Source: a virus
Lineage: Duplodnaviria; Caudoviricetes
DNA length: 64,000 nucleotides
Direction: 5' to 3' (one strand)
Virus record (IMG/VR): IMGVR_UViG_2882613001_000002
Location: 1-64,000 of that record
Part shown: positions 27,982 to 37,156 of the stretch, piece after piece
Layout of the letters: each line of letters begins with the position of its first letter
Numbering within the stretch: position 1 is the first letter of the stretch
Notes under the pieces: model-generated
Told to the model about the DNA's origin: nothing
Database searches by the model: none
The model's input: the letters and a program-made list of their open reading frames with translations, nothing else
Translations under genes and position numbers: made by a program

Positions 27982-30351
27982 TGAGCCCAAATCGTCGTCC
28001 GCAGCCGTCTCCGGATAGACCCAAACGGCCGGGTTTTCGACGTCCATGCAGACCCCGGAATTGGGGCATTTGTAGTGGCTGGGAAGGACGGGATCGGCGT
28101 CTTCGAAGACCTCTCCGGTCTCCGGATCGACACGCTCTTCGGGGCGAAACCGCATCCCATCGACGCAGAGGTAACCGAACCGGGATCGAACCTTCGGATA
28201 GCCAAAGGCGCTGCCATCTCGCAGGAATTTAACATGGCCCTTCGTGGCCAGAACACTCAACCGTTCGCGGATGGTGTATTTGCTGCCAAGCCCACTCTGG
28301 TTCTCGAAGGCCTCGGCGAACTGCATGGTCGTGTAGAGTTGCCCGCTGGTGGCCTCCTCGAAAAGCAGGTCGAGGATCACATCGCGCTTGCGGTTGCGCT
28401 CGGCGTCATGTTTGGCCCCGACCTCCTTGCGAACCAGTCGCTCGTTCATGGGGTTCAACTCGACCCATTGCCCGTCGACTTTGTCGATCAGCTTGGCGGG
28501 AAGCGCAGGTCCGTTCCTGAGCTCGATCTCCAGCTTGCGTTCCGGGGCCTGTTCGTCGGGCCGGTGGAGGATCAGGCCGGAGGTATAGAACCCGCGCAGC
28601 GCGCTGGCGCCTGAGAGCGCGAGGAAGGGATCGTCTTTGACCTGCTGCTTGCTGAGCTTCTTGGTGTGGTGGACCAGGATCACCCCGCAATCGGGGTCGA
28701 CATGGTCTCGCAGCACCTCGACGCGTTCCTTGAGGAAGAACATCATGGCGGTGTTGTCGTTCTCGCCGCCACCATCGGGCCCGCCGTCGAACAGGTTGCG
28801 GATAGGGTCCACGCAGAGAATGTCAGGCGGTGCCTCCGGGAACGCTGTCTGCACGGCGCGCGCGACCCGCACGCTGCCCTCGTTGTCGAGCAGCATCTTG
28901 AGCTTTGGCGTCGCAACGAAGGTGTCGCGCGCGGCGGCCAGCACCTCTGGCGGCAGGGCAATCTGCTTCAGGCGTTCGCGCAGATAGTGATACTGGATCT
29001 CCGCTTGAAGGTAGAAAATGCGTAGCGCCCGCGGCGGAGTGAACCCGAGGAATGACACGCCAGCCGCCATGTAGACGAGCCAGGAAATCAGAAGGTCGCT
29101 CTTGCCCACCTTGGGCGCGCCGCCCAGCACCAGAAGCCCGCCTGGCGTCAGCACACGCGGAGCAATGATGTCCTCCGGCATGGGGCTCTGGTCGTCGAGC
29201 AGCGCGCCGAGCGTGAAGGCAGGCATCTCCTGTGGCCCCGGTGGGCCGGAGTCCAGCCGGATCAGCGGCGGGCCGTATTTCTCGACATGCCGGTCCCAAA
29301 GCCGCTCGGACTCGCGTTTGAGCCGCTCTACTGGCCACTGGGGCCGCAGCATCGCGGCGTTGTAGCCACAGATGCCTTCCCAACCCTCGTCTTTTGTCAT
29401 CCGGCCCTCATGGACCATACGGATGAAATGGCCGATCGCGGCGGATGCTCCCTCGAAGCGGGACCAGTCGTCCTGCGCCCCCTCTCGCACGGGGGTCACC
29501 AGCACATCGTCCATGGCGGGCTTGTCCGGATGGGTGAACTCAGGCTGCAGGGACACGCCCGGCGCGGGCAGCATGTCGGCGACCGCCTCGATGAACTCGT
29601 CCAGATCACGCTCGTGGGCGGCGTTCAGCTCGACAATACGCACCTGCGTTTTCAGGCTGTTCTTGTAATAGACAGAGCCCGCCACGCGGATGGGCTGGTG
29701 GGCCGAGCGGAAATGCATGTCACCGCCGACCTTGGCGGCAATGTCACCGCGCAGACGGCAGACACGGGCGATGTCTTCACCTTCCGCAGGCTCGGTCAGC
29801 ATCCACCAGACGTGAGCTTTCCGCTGGCCCTCGGGCGTTACGCCGCCGCTTTCCACCACCATGGTCGGCGCGCCGAGGTGGCGTTCGAGGTGCGCACGCT
29901 TGGCAGCGATGTCGCCGGTGTCGAGATCGACCACGACGTTTTGCATCTGCAGGATTTCCGCTGCCTTGGCCTGGCCGGACGCGGCCACGGTGCCGGGTAT
30001 CACGTAGACCGCTGCTCCCTGGCGCGAGGCCCATGTTGCGAAGGTCGCCATCTTCTCGGGGGCGGCCCGGTCCGCCTTGAGCCAGATGTTATGCGGACGG
30101 CCATCGATGCCCTGACCCTTGTCGATGAAACTGCGGACCGGGATCAGCCCGTCGCAATAGCCGAAGACGACTTGCATGAACTGGGCGATTTGCTCCGGAT
30201 CAGGCTCGTCGCCGAACACGTCGACCTGCGGCGCGGCGTCATTGAAATCGCGCCACGGATTGAAATGAACGATGTTCTCTTCGGGCCCATCGGGCACTGT
30301 GTCATCGCGCATTTGCGTGTCCTCGTCGGGATCGGCTGGCTCGTCAGTCAT
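27958..30351 (-). CDS. Primase-helicase (RepB-type primase domain plus AAA_25 ATPase)
   Basis: VVVDLD, ESGG..HVWW, PIRVAGS primase motifs; GGAPKVGKS Walker A; CVDP; LVHHTKK; start at ATGA overlap 30351. Confidence 0.88.
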   Translation of the reverse strand: MTDEPADPDEDTQMRDDTVPDGPEENIVHFNPWRDFNDAAPQVDVFGDEPDPEQIAQFMQVVFGYCDGLIPVRSFIDKGQGIDGRPHNIWLKADRAAPEKMATFATWASRQGAAVYVIPGTVAASGQAKAAEILQMQNVVVDLDTGDIAAKRAHLERHLGAPTMVVESGGVTPEGQRKAHVWWMLTEPAEGEDIARVCRLRGDIAAKVGGDMHFRSAHQPIRVAGSVYYKNSLKTQVRIVELNAAHERDLDEFIEAVADMLPAPGVSLQPEFTHPDKPAMDDVLVTPVREGAQDDWSRFEGASAAIGHFIRMVHEGRMTKDEGWEGICGYNAAMLRPQWPVERLKRESERLWDRHVEKYGPPLIRLDSGPPGPQEMPAFTLGALLDDQSPMPEDIIAPRVLTPGGLLVLGGAPKVGKSDLLISWLVYMAAGVSFLGFTPPRALRIFYLQAEIQYHYLRERLKQIALPPEVLAAARDTFVATPKLKMLLDNEGSVRVARAVQTAFPEAPPDILCVDPIRNLFDGGPDGGGENDNTAMMFFLKERVEVLRDHVDPDCGVILVHHTKKLSKQQVKDDPFLALSGASALRGFYTSGLILHRPDEQAPERKLEIELRNGPALPAKLIDKVDGQWVELNPMNERLVRKEVGAKHDAERNRKRDVILDLLFEEATSGQLYTTMQFAEAFENQSGLGSKYTIRERLSVLATKGHVKFLRDGSAFGYPKVRSRFGYLCVDGMRFRPEERVDPETGEVFEDADPVLPSHYKCPNSGVCMDVENPAVWVYPETAADDDLGSLTPRSEA

Positions 30352-31109
30352 TTGGCGAGGCCCCAGCACCGCTCGGCATGGGCACAGAACCGGCATTCAA
30401 AGAAGTCGCGCTTAGAGGCGATGCGCGGCAGCAGTTCACCGGCGTCGGTGGCCTGCAGGATCCGCACCGCGCGGTCGGACATGCGCTGCGCCAGATCGGC
30501 ATCGAACGGCACGAGCTCATGATGCAGTTCGGCCGTGTCCTTGTTGATGGCAGTGAAGAGCGCCGGTGCGGCCGAGATCCCAGGCACCGCAGGCTCCATG
30601 TAGGCCTGGTAGATCGCGATCTGGGCGGCATAGACGGGCTTGGAAACCGTGACCCCGTCCTTGACGCAGGCGCGCCAGTTCTTCGCGTTCATGGTCTTAC
30701 ATTCCCAGAGCGCCGGGATGCGAAACCCAAGCGCTGCCGGGGCATCAGCGATGATCCCATCGACATGCCCACGGATCCGGCCGCCCGCGACGGAGAATCC
30801 GAACTGGCCGCCATCGCGCTTTTGGGTCACCAGATCGATCCCGGCGGCGCGCAGCCAGCGGATCGCCAGGTCTTCGAGCTGATGACCGATGGCGAAGATC
30901 CGCAACGTCTGCCCGCCGAAGTCGGCACCGTCATCCTTCGGCGCGCCCGCAAACTCGAATTGCAGTGCGCGTTCGCAGGCGTGGCCGAGGCGGGACGCGC
31001 CGAGATAGGTCCGGGGTGGCGTGGCCTCGCGCTCGGCGATGAGGGCCGCGTCGACCAGCGCGTTGATCCGGTCGGCGGTGGACGGGCGGTGATTGAAGTC
31101 CAATGTCAA
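30348..31109 (-). CDS. PD-(D/E)xK exonuclease (Cas4/lambda-exo-like) with Cys cluster
   Basis: GASRLGHACER, GHVDG, WECKT, AQIAIY, ECRFCAHAERC. Confidence 0.85.
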   Translation of the reverse strand: MTLDFNHRPSTADRINALVDAALIAEREATPPRTYLGASRLGHACERALQFEFAGAPKDDGADFGGQTLRIFAIGHQLEDLAIRWLRAAGIDLVTQKRDGGQFGFSVAGGRIRGHVDGIIADAPAALGFRIPALWECKTMNAKNWRACVKDGVTVSKPVYAAQIAIYQAYMEPAVPGISAAPALFTAINKDTAELHHELVPFDADLAQRMSDRAVRILQATDAGELLPRIASKRDFFECRFCAHAERCWGLAK

Positions 31110-31516
31110 AACGGGATCTCCGGCGCGTTTGATTTGGCAATGTCGGCCATGGCCTCGCGGAAACCCTCGACTGCCTCCTCGATCAGTGCCCGCACCTGCG
31201 CCTCCGTCAGATCGGCAAGTGCGGTCTGCCAGCCGATCTCTTCCAACAGCAGCGCGACGCGTTTCAGGGTGGCAGTGATGGCAGCGCGTTCCTCTTCGGT
31301 CAGATCAACCATGGCAAAACGCTCCCGCGCCAAACGCGTCCAGAAGCCCTGGCAGGGCATCGAGCAGAACCAGACCGATGGCCGGGGCCGCTTCGAACGA
31401 ACCGGATCGCGCCAGCCAAAACCACGCGTGGGTTGCCGGCAGACAGCACAGAGCGTGCCACGCGGATGCCAGAGACGCCGCCGCTCCTCGGCTGTGATTT
31501 TGAGTGAAGATGCCAT
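31106..31516 (-). CDS. DUF6511-like zinc-finger protein
   Basis: CAVCRQP...FCSMPCQ; C-terminal PEIPF. Confidence 0.65.
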   Translation of the reverse strand: MASSLKITAEERRRLWHPRGTLCAVCRQPTRGFGWRDPVRSKRPRPSVWFCSMPCQGFWTRLARERFAMVDLTEEERAAITATLKRVALLLEEIGWQTALADLTEAQVRALIEEAVEGFREAMADIAKSNAPEIPF

Positions 31517-31519
31517 GGG

Positions 31520-33202
31520 TCATGCCGCCCTCCGTTCGAATCCGGCCACCGCGTTCACGGCGGCCTGGATGGCGCGTTTGTTGAAGCCGAAGGTCATCAG
31601 CACCGAAGCGCGGTAGCGCGTGAGGCCGAAGTCGTGCCGGCATTTCGGTGGCAGATATTTCAGCTGCTTGTCGGTCGGTGGCTGGCGCAGCCACGCCTTT
31701 GTCTTGAAGGCGCTTTCATCGCTTTCGTGGGTGTTCAGCCAGTCATCGGCCTGCGCGAGGCAGACGGTGCGTTCGCCGACGCCCAGCAGACGTGGCCGCG
31801 CGCCCTTGGCCCCGCCGACGGCGTACCAGACGCCGTCCATCCAGAAGATGCCGCCCCAGGCTGTGAAGCCGGTAGCCATTAGCGCGTCATCTGCGCCGAA
31901 GAGATCGACCCATGCGAAGCTGGAGCGCTTCAGCAGGTCGATCTCGGTCATGACAAAGCCTGAGAGTGGCGCTGCGTTCGTCCCGGTCTCGCCTTCGTCC
32001 TGCAGCAAGACCTCGCCGCAGAGCGGGCATTCAGTGGCGGCGAGCGGTATCTCCGCCGCGCAGGCGGAGCAGGATTTGGTCGGGGCGTCACCGGTGGCGA
32101 TCTTGCCGTCCAGATCGACATCCTGTTCCAGCGTGCCGTGGATCAAGCTCGATGTCCCGAAATCCAGCACCACGCAGTCGGTCTTGACGATGCCGGGGTG
32201 TTCTTCGGGATCGACCGTGCGCAACCCGCGACCGACCATCTGGATCATGGTGGATTTGTAGGAACTAGGCCGCAGCAGCACGACGCAGGAGGTGGGCGGG
32301 TGATCCCAGCCTTCCGTGAGCACGGCGACATTGACGATCACGCAGATCTCGCCTGCCGCATAGTCGGTCAGGATGGACTTGCGGGTGTCGGCCGCCAGAT
32401 CGCCGTGGATCAGCGCGGCCGTGATCCCCGCGGCGCGAAATGCCTCAGTGACGTGTTCGGCATGGGCGACGGTGGAACAGAAGACGACGGTCTGCCGGTC
32501 ACCAGCCTTCTCGCGCCAGTGGCGGATCACCTCGTCGGTGACCGGCGCGCGGTCCATGATGTCCGCCACCTCGGTCATGTCGAAATCGGCACTGGTCTTG
32601 CGGACCGACTTCAATTCCTCCTGCACGCCCACATCGATGACAAAGGTGCGCGGCGGCACGAGATGCCCCGAGGCAATCAACTCAACCAGACGCACCTGGT
32701 CGGCGACATTGTCGAAGACCTCGCGCAGTCCTTTCTTGTCTCCCCGGGTCGGTGTTGCCGTCACCCCGAAAACGCGGGCGTCGGGATTGGCGTCACGCAC
32801 CCGGTTGATGATGCGGCGATAGCTGTCCGCCACCGCGTGATGTGCCTCGTCGATCACAAGCAGGTCGAGGCGCGGCATGTCGGCCAGGTTCGAGGCCCGT
32901 GCCAGGGTCGGCACCATCGCAAAGGTGACGTCGCCGCCCCAGGATTTTTCGGTGGCATCGATCACCGAGGTGGACACCTCCGGCACCATGCGCTGGAACT
33001 TGGCGCGGTTCTGCGCCGTCAGCTCGTCTCGATGCGCCAACACGCAAGCTTTGGCTCCATCACCGAGCATCGCGCCGGTGACTGCCGAGAGCATGATCGT
33101 TTTGCCCGCGCCGGTGGGCGCCACACCGAGCGTATTGCCGTGTTGGCCGAGCGCAGCAACACTGCGCTCGACAAAGGTTTTCTGGCGGGGACGCAGGCGC
33201 AT
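31520..33202 (-). CDS. SF2 DEAD/DEAH helicase with C-terminal zinc finger
   Basis: PTGAGKT, DEAH, TATP, QMVGRGLR, CSAC..CPLC. Confidence 0.92.
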   Translation of the reverse strand: MRLRPRQKTFVERSVAALGQHGNTLGVAPTGAGKTIMLSAVTGAMLGDGAKACVLAHRDELTAQNRAKFQRMVPEVSTSVIDATEKSWGGDVTFAMVPTLARASNLADMPRLDLLVIDEAHHAVADSYRRIINRVRDANPDARVFGVTATPTRGDKKGLREVFDNVADQVRLVELIASGHLVPPRTFVIDVGVQEELKSVRKTSADFDMTEVADIMDRAPVTDEVIRHWREKAGDRQTVVFCSTVAHAEHVTEAFRAAGITAALIHGDLAADTRKSILTDYAAGEICVIVNVAVLTEGWDHPPTSCVVLLRPSSYKSTMIQMVGRGLRTVDPEEHPGIVKTDCVVLDFGTSSLIHGTLEQDVDLDGKIATGDAPTKSCSACAAEIPLAATECPLCGEVLLQDEGETGTNAAPLSGFVMTEIDLLKRSSFAWVDLFGADDALMATGFTAWGGIFWMDGVWYAVGGAKGARPRLLGVGERTVCLAQADDWLNTHESDESAFKTKAWLRQPPTDKQLKYLPPKCRHDFGLTRYRASVLMTFGFNKRAIQAAVNAVAGFERRAA

Positions 33203-33214
33203 GACCGATCCCCC

Positions 33215-33841
33215 TTACTGGGCCCAGCTCGGCCGCCCGGGAGCACCGGGGTTGGCTGCTGGCGGATTGGACGAGGACGTTGGGGCGGCAGCATTCTGCT
33301 GCGAAGTGGCCCCCGGCCCGGCGTTACCACTGAACTGCAGGGGTGCAGTTCCCATGACCTGCGCATAATCGCGATGGTCAGGCGTGACCGCGCTGCGGAT
33401 CTCGTTCTTGTCGTCGCCACTGGCATCGGTGCCGATGTCGATGCGGGCGACGAACTCAATGCCGTCGAGATCGGCGAAACCGCTGATGCGCCGTGCTGCC
33501 TGCGCTTCCGGCGACATGTCCTTGTCGGAAATCCCGCGCGCCGAGTTCAGCATACCGCGCACCAGGCTGCGGCCCATATTGGCCCAGTCTGGCCCCTTCG
33601 GGCTATACAGCCCGATCAGCGTGAAGATCTTGCGCCGGGCATATTGCCCCTCGGTCACGGTGAACTCGCCGTTGAGGTACACCGCGCCGGTGGAGCCGCG
33701 CGTGGCATAGCCGCCAGTCCAGCCCTGCGAGGCGTCGTCGAAGCCGCCGGGGCGGATGGTCAGGCGCACCTTGGCCAGTGTGCCCTTGGGGATGAGGTTG
33801 GTATTGCTCTGCGCGTCGTTGAAATCGTTCCAGGAACCCAT
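33215..33841 (-). CDS. Putative single-stranded DNA-binding protein
   Basis: OB-like beta pattern, low-complexity tail ending RPSWAQ; follows Sak4-like ATPase. Confidence 0.65.
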   Translation of the reverse strand: MGSWNDFNDAQSNTNLIPKGTLAKVRLTIRPGGFDDASQGWTGGYATRGSTGAVYLNGEFTVTEGQYARRKIFTLIGLYSPKGPDWANMGRSLVRGMLNSARGISDKDMSPEAQAARRISGFADLDGIEFVARIDIGTDASGDDKNEIRSAVTPDHRDYAQVMGTAPLQFSGNAGPGATSQQNAAAPTSSSNPPAANPGAPGRPSWAQ

Positions 33842-33860
33842 GGGGAACCTCCTTTTCTGA

Positions 33861-34736
33861 TCAGGATTGTGGTTGGGATTGGTCGTCAGCCGCCGGATCG
33901 GCGGACGGTGGGGCGTAGGTCAGCCGGTCGGATGCCGGTGTTGCAGCCGTCCGAATCTTGGCCATCAGGCGGCCGAGATGGGGTTCTTCGACTTGGTCCA
34001 GACGGCCCGAACGATCCTTGGCCGGGAAACTCCAGGGGTTGATCGTGTGGCAGACAAAGGCGCGATACGGATCGCCGCCATCGGCCTTCAGTTCCGCCAT
34101 GGTGATCACCTCGTCGACGATGCCTGGCAGCTCGAGCCCGGTCTTTGAGCCATCGATCTGCGGCTGGAACATCTTGCGATTGAAGTCGTCGAGCTTCTCG
34201 TCGAGGATCCCGACCAACCAGACATTCTTGGCCCGCGTGTGCTGCAAATGGGTGAGCCAGCCGATCATCTCGCGGCCATGCAAGCCGTACGCCCCGCGCA
34301 CATCCGGCTTGCCGGTTTTCTCCGACAGCGCCTCGGGTTGGCCTTTGCACCAGCCAAAGCACAGCCGCCCGGCAACCGTGATCGAATCCACGAAGATGGT
34401 GTCGTAGCGGTCCAGCGCTGCCGGATCGCCGAAGCGCTCGCAGACGGCGGCATAATGCGCGGGGCTGTATGGCTGCTCATCGCGCAGCGCCGGGTTCGGC
34501 CCACCGATGAACACCGCGAAATCCCGGCATTCCGTCCAGGTGCGCGGCCGGATGCTGTCACCCGCCCAGCCTTCGATGGCGAGGTCACCCGCTTCGAGAT
34601 CCATGAACAAGGTGCGGTCGGCATCGAGGGTCCAGAGCAGCGAGGTCTTCCCAATGCCGGATTTCCCGAAGATGCAGCCCTTGATGCCGCGTGGCTCGGC
34701 CAGCCGCTCGTCGGCGCTGATGATAGGGAGGCTCAC
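33861..34736 (-). CDS. Sak4-like AAA_24 ATPase (recombination/SSB loader)
   Basis: GKSGIGKT Walker A, MDLEAG, FVDS, PAKDRSG. Confidence 0.85.
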   Translation of the reverse strand: MSLPIISADERLAEPRGIKGCIFGKSGIGKTSLLWTLDADRTLFMDLEAGDLAIEGWAGDSIRPRTWTECRDFAVFIGGPNPALRDEQPYSPAHYAAVCERFGDPAALDRYDTIFVDSITVAGRLCFGWCKGQPEALSEKTGKPDVRGAYGLHGREMIGWLTHLQHTRAKNVWLVGILDEKLDDFNRKMFQPQIDGSKTGLELPGIVDEVITMAELKADGGDPYRAFVCHTINPWSFPAKDRSGRLDQVEEPHLGRLMAKIRTAATPASDRLTYAPPSADPAADDQSQPQS

Positions 34737-35221
34737 TGGTCAGCCCCCTGCGCGAGGATCTCGACCTTCAGCGTGCCAGGCCGCACAGTGCGCGCGGGCT
34801 CGAAACTGGCGCGAATGCCGTCAGGCCACGCGCTGTATTTCCGCTCCGGCACTTTGATCGTAATGTCGACATACTGCGCGGGATCGTCACCTGAGGCGCG
34901 GATGCGCTCGACCACGTCACCAAGCTGTGCCTTATCCCAGTCCACCCGCTTCGGCAGATCGGCGACCACGGTGAAATCGCCGTCATCGAAGCGGACAGTG
35001 CCGGTGTCCTTGCCGGCGGCCTGGCGTTCTTCGGTGGCCCGGGTGGCGTAGCGGACCGCCAGTCCGGCATCGAAGCGAGCCTTGGCCGCCTTGTCGCGCT
35101 TCAGACGCTCGTCGATTTCGCGTTGCAGGATCGCCAGCAACTCGACCGGCAGCGCCGCGATCTCGGCCGCGCTGAGCGAAGGCAGATCGTCCGGCGTTGG
35201 GGTGTTCTCGGGGAATGGCAT
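34733..35221 (-). CDS. Conserved phage hypothetical protein
   Basis: VADLPKRVDWDKAQL, KVPERKYSAWP; in replication operon. Confidence 0.7.
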   Translation of the reverse strand: MPFPENTPTPDDLPSLSAAEIAALPVELLAILQREIDERLKRDKAAKARFDAGLAVRYATRATEERQAAGKDTGTVRFDDGDFTVVADLPKRVDWDKAQLGDVVERIRASGDDPAQYVDITIKVPERKYSAWPDGIRASFEPARTVRPGTLKVEILAQGADQ

Positions 35222-35265
35222 GAAATGGTCTCCGTGATCGGTGAATAAGGATTGGAAGGCCGGCA

Positions 35266-35619
35266 TCACGCGGCCTCAGGCTCGGCGAGCAGCAGCTCGG
35301 ACAGCGAGACGGCAGCAGCTTTGGGTTTGGGGCGGGCAACGGCGATGTAGGCGAACTGGTCGGGCCCCACGCGCTCCTGCACGAGATGTACGAGACCCTG
35401 CTCAGCGGCCCAGAAGGCCCGCGATCCAAGCCTGCTCAACTCGGCGCGTGCCGCATCCGACAGCCCTGAAAACACAGGGAAGATGTCGAGCACCAGAAAG
35501 CCGCGATGGTATTCCAGCCGGTCGCCGGGAACGGCCTGCGCCACCCAGGCGCAGAATTCGATCTCGGACAGCGGTCGGCTGGCGCGAACCGTGATGAAGG
35601 GTGTGGTTTCCATGAACAT
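35266..35619 (-). CDS. Hypothetical protein
   Basis: EFCAWVAQAVPGDRLEYHRGFL; co-oriented in operon. Confidence 0.7.
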   Translation of the reverse strand: MFMETTPFITVRASRPLSEIEFCAWVAQAVPGDRLEYHRGFLVLDIFPVFSGLSDAARAELSRLGSRAFWAAEQGLVHLVQERVGPDQFAYIAVARPKPKAAAVSLSELLLAEPEAA

Positions 35620-35637
35620 GATCTCCTCCTTTCGCCT

Positions 35638-35898
35638 CTACTCAGGCCGCTGCCGCGTCGTCCCAGTCGGGACCGAGGCCGCTTCAATGTCCTTTGTTGC
35701 GGCGTTGTGCTGATCGTCCGGCTGGCCCGCGTCGGCGTCGGCATAGACCGCCACGAGAGGCGTCCCATCCTGGTGGGCCCCGGCATTCTCGATGCGGTAT
35801 GCACGCTGGTTCTTCAGGATTTCCGGCAGCTCCCAGCGGCGGTAGAGGCCGGGGATGCGCTTGAGGTCTGCGGACAAGAGGTCGGCTTTGCGGATCAT
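35638..35898 (-). CDS. Hypothetical protein, first gene after the promoter-like motif
   Basis: MIRKADLLSADLKRIPGLYRRWELPEILK. Confidence 0.5.
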   Translation of the reverse strand: MIRKADLLSADLKRIPGLYRRWELPEILKNQRAYRIENAGAHQDGTPLVAVYADADAGQPDDQHNAATKDIEAASVPTGTTRQRPE

Positions 35899-35947
35899 GC
35901 GGGTCGACTTTCGGTTTGAGTGGGGCGCGCGGTGGCGTCTGAATGGG

Positions 35948-35981
35948 AAAAGCCACCGCACCGCTGAGATCGGGACATCCG
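35948..35981 (-). promoter_or_regulatory. Bipartite motif CGGATGTCCCG-N12-CGGTGGCTTTT, copy A (before replication operon)
   Basis: Both blocks and spacer length identical to copy B at 39474-39507. Confidence 0.65.
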
Positions 35982-35982
35982 A

Positions 35983-36702
35983 TCAGCGAAATTCTCGCAG
36001 GACGTCGCGCAGACGCCGGGTCGCCCGCTGATAGCGTTTGCGCGTTGCCGCCTCAGACAGCCCCAACTCCGATGCGACCTCAGCCTGCGAGAACCCGTCG
36101 ACGGCCACGCGGATCACCAGATCAGAATCCTTGCCGACGATGCGGACGAGATCGCGGTGGAGCAGTGCAGAGCTGGCGTTGGCTGACGCCTGATCGTCAG
36201 TTGGGATTTCGTCGGGATCGGCCTCGCTGCGCAGGCTCTGGTGCCTGTCCTCGCGTTGACGCGTTCTGATCAGGTCGCGCTCGATGTTTCGGAGGATGGT
36301 GGAAGCGATCCAGTTGACGCGCTGCAGATCCAGACAGCGAATGGCCTCGGAGGCCCGTGCCAGGATTTCAGATGCAACCTCGTCACCGGTGCCGATCCTG
36401 CGCCAGGTCGATCTGCGCCGAACGGCATCCAGCCCCGGCCAGAGCGCCAGCAGCATGAGCGTCAGGGCACAATCGGCGGCCTCGTCGCCAGACTGTGCAG
36501 CCCGGACCAGAGCAACCAATATTCGGTTCTTCTCATCTGGCCCGCGGCTGCCGACTTGCAGCGTGTCCAGCAATGCAGCCGGATCAGCGAAATGCGCGAG
36601 CGGTTCGCTGCTGCGCCGGAGCTCATCGAAGGTGTGTTGAAAACCAAGAGTTGAAGAAGAAAACATGAGGTGATCACGGATCTCGTGCCACGCGATGGAC
36701 AT
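35983..36702 (-). CDS. Phage-encoded sigma-70 family (ECF-like) factor
   Basis: Region 2-like LALWPGL..EVASEIL..WIASTILRN; region 4 HTH GFSQAEVASELGLSEAATRKRYQRA. Confidence 0.8.
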   Translation of the reverse strand: MSIAWHEIRDHLMFSSSTLGFQHTFDELRRSSEPLAHFADPAALLDTLQVGSRGPDEKNRILVALVRAAQSGDEAADCALTLMLLALWPGLDAVRRRSTWRRIGTGDEVASEILARASEAIRCLDLQRVNWIASTILRNIERDLIRTRQREDRHQSLRSEADPDEIPTDDQASANASSALLHRDLVRIVGKDSDLVIRVAVDGFSQAEVASELGLSEAATRKRYQRATRRLRDVLREFR

Positions 36703-36731
36703 TGGACGCCTGCCTTGCGGCCAGGCGTCCA
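36703..36731 (-). promoter_or_regulatory. RNA hairpin abutting the sigma start codon and covering its Shine-Dalgarno position
   Basis: TGGACGCCTG-GCCGCAAGG-CAGGCGTCCA immediately followed by ATG. Confidence 0.6.
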
Positions 36732-36801
36732 GCGCCTTTTCGTGGCCACGTCAGGACGTCGTGCGTCTCTGCGACTTCAGGGAAATGGTGAGACGTGCGC
36801 C

Positions 36802-37047
36802 TTAGCGCGCGGGTGATGTCGCCTGGTTCAGCGTTCCGCAGCCGCGGCACGTGGCCACGACCGGAAAGCCCACGAAATACTCGTGCCCTCGCGCAAAGCG
36901 CAGGTGCATGCGGCCGTCCCGGCAAACGCCGAGCAGCTTGTCACAGCGCGTACAGCGCCATTCCGAGGTCAAAGGGTTGGGGGTTGATTTTGCGCCACCG
37001 GCCCAGCTGATCTGGGCTGGCTGGCGTGAAGTATCGGGAGTCGGCAT
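36802..37047 (-). CDS. Mu Com-like zinc-ribbon protein
   Basis: WRCTRCDKLLG ... TCRGCGTLN; true start may be later. Confidence 0.7.
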   Translation of the reverse strand: MPTPDTSRQPAQISWAGGAKSTPNPLTSEWRCTRCDKLLGVCRDGRMHLRFARGHEYFVGFPVVATCRGCGTLNQATSPAR

Positions 37048-37091
37048 GGAAGTGCTCCTCTGACTGAGTGAGCCTTTCCAATAGACAGCGG

Positions 37092-37128
37092 TTTTTTAGA
37101 CCGTCGCCCGCAATATTTTTGACCGTCG
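37092..37128. repeat. Direct repeat T-tract plus GACCGTCG at 22-bp spacing, candidate operator
   Basis: GACCGTCG at 37099-37106 and 37121-37128, each preceded by a T run; upstream of the com-like gene. Confidence 0.45.
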
Positions 37129-37156
37129 ACAGACCGGCCCGCCGAGATCGGCCAGA

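Noticed and set aside
1-36702. Many long antisense or alternative-frame ORFs (e.g. 3679-4911, 8857-10488, 32138-34042, also 42907-44301 and 60884-63718)
   Set aside because: Shadows of real high-GC genes; Arg/Gly/Pro-rich with no motifs. Only 23682-24866 has independent protein-level support.
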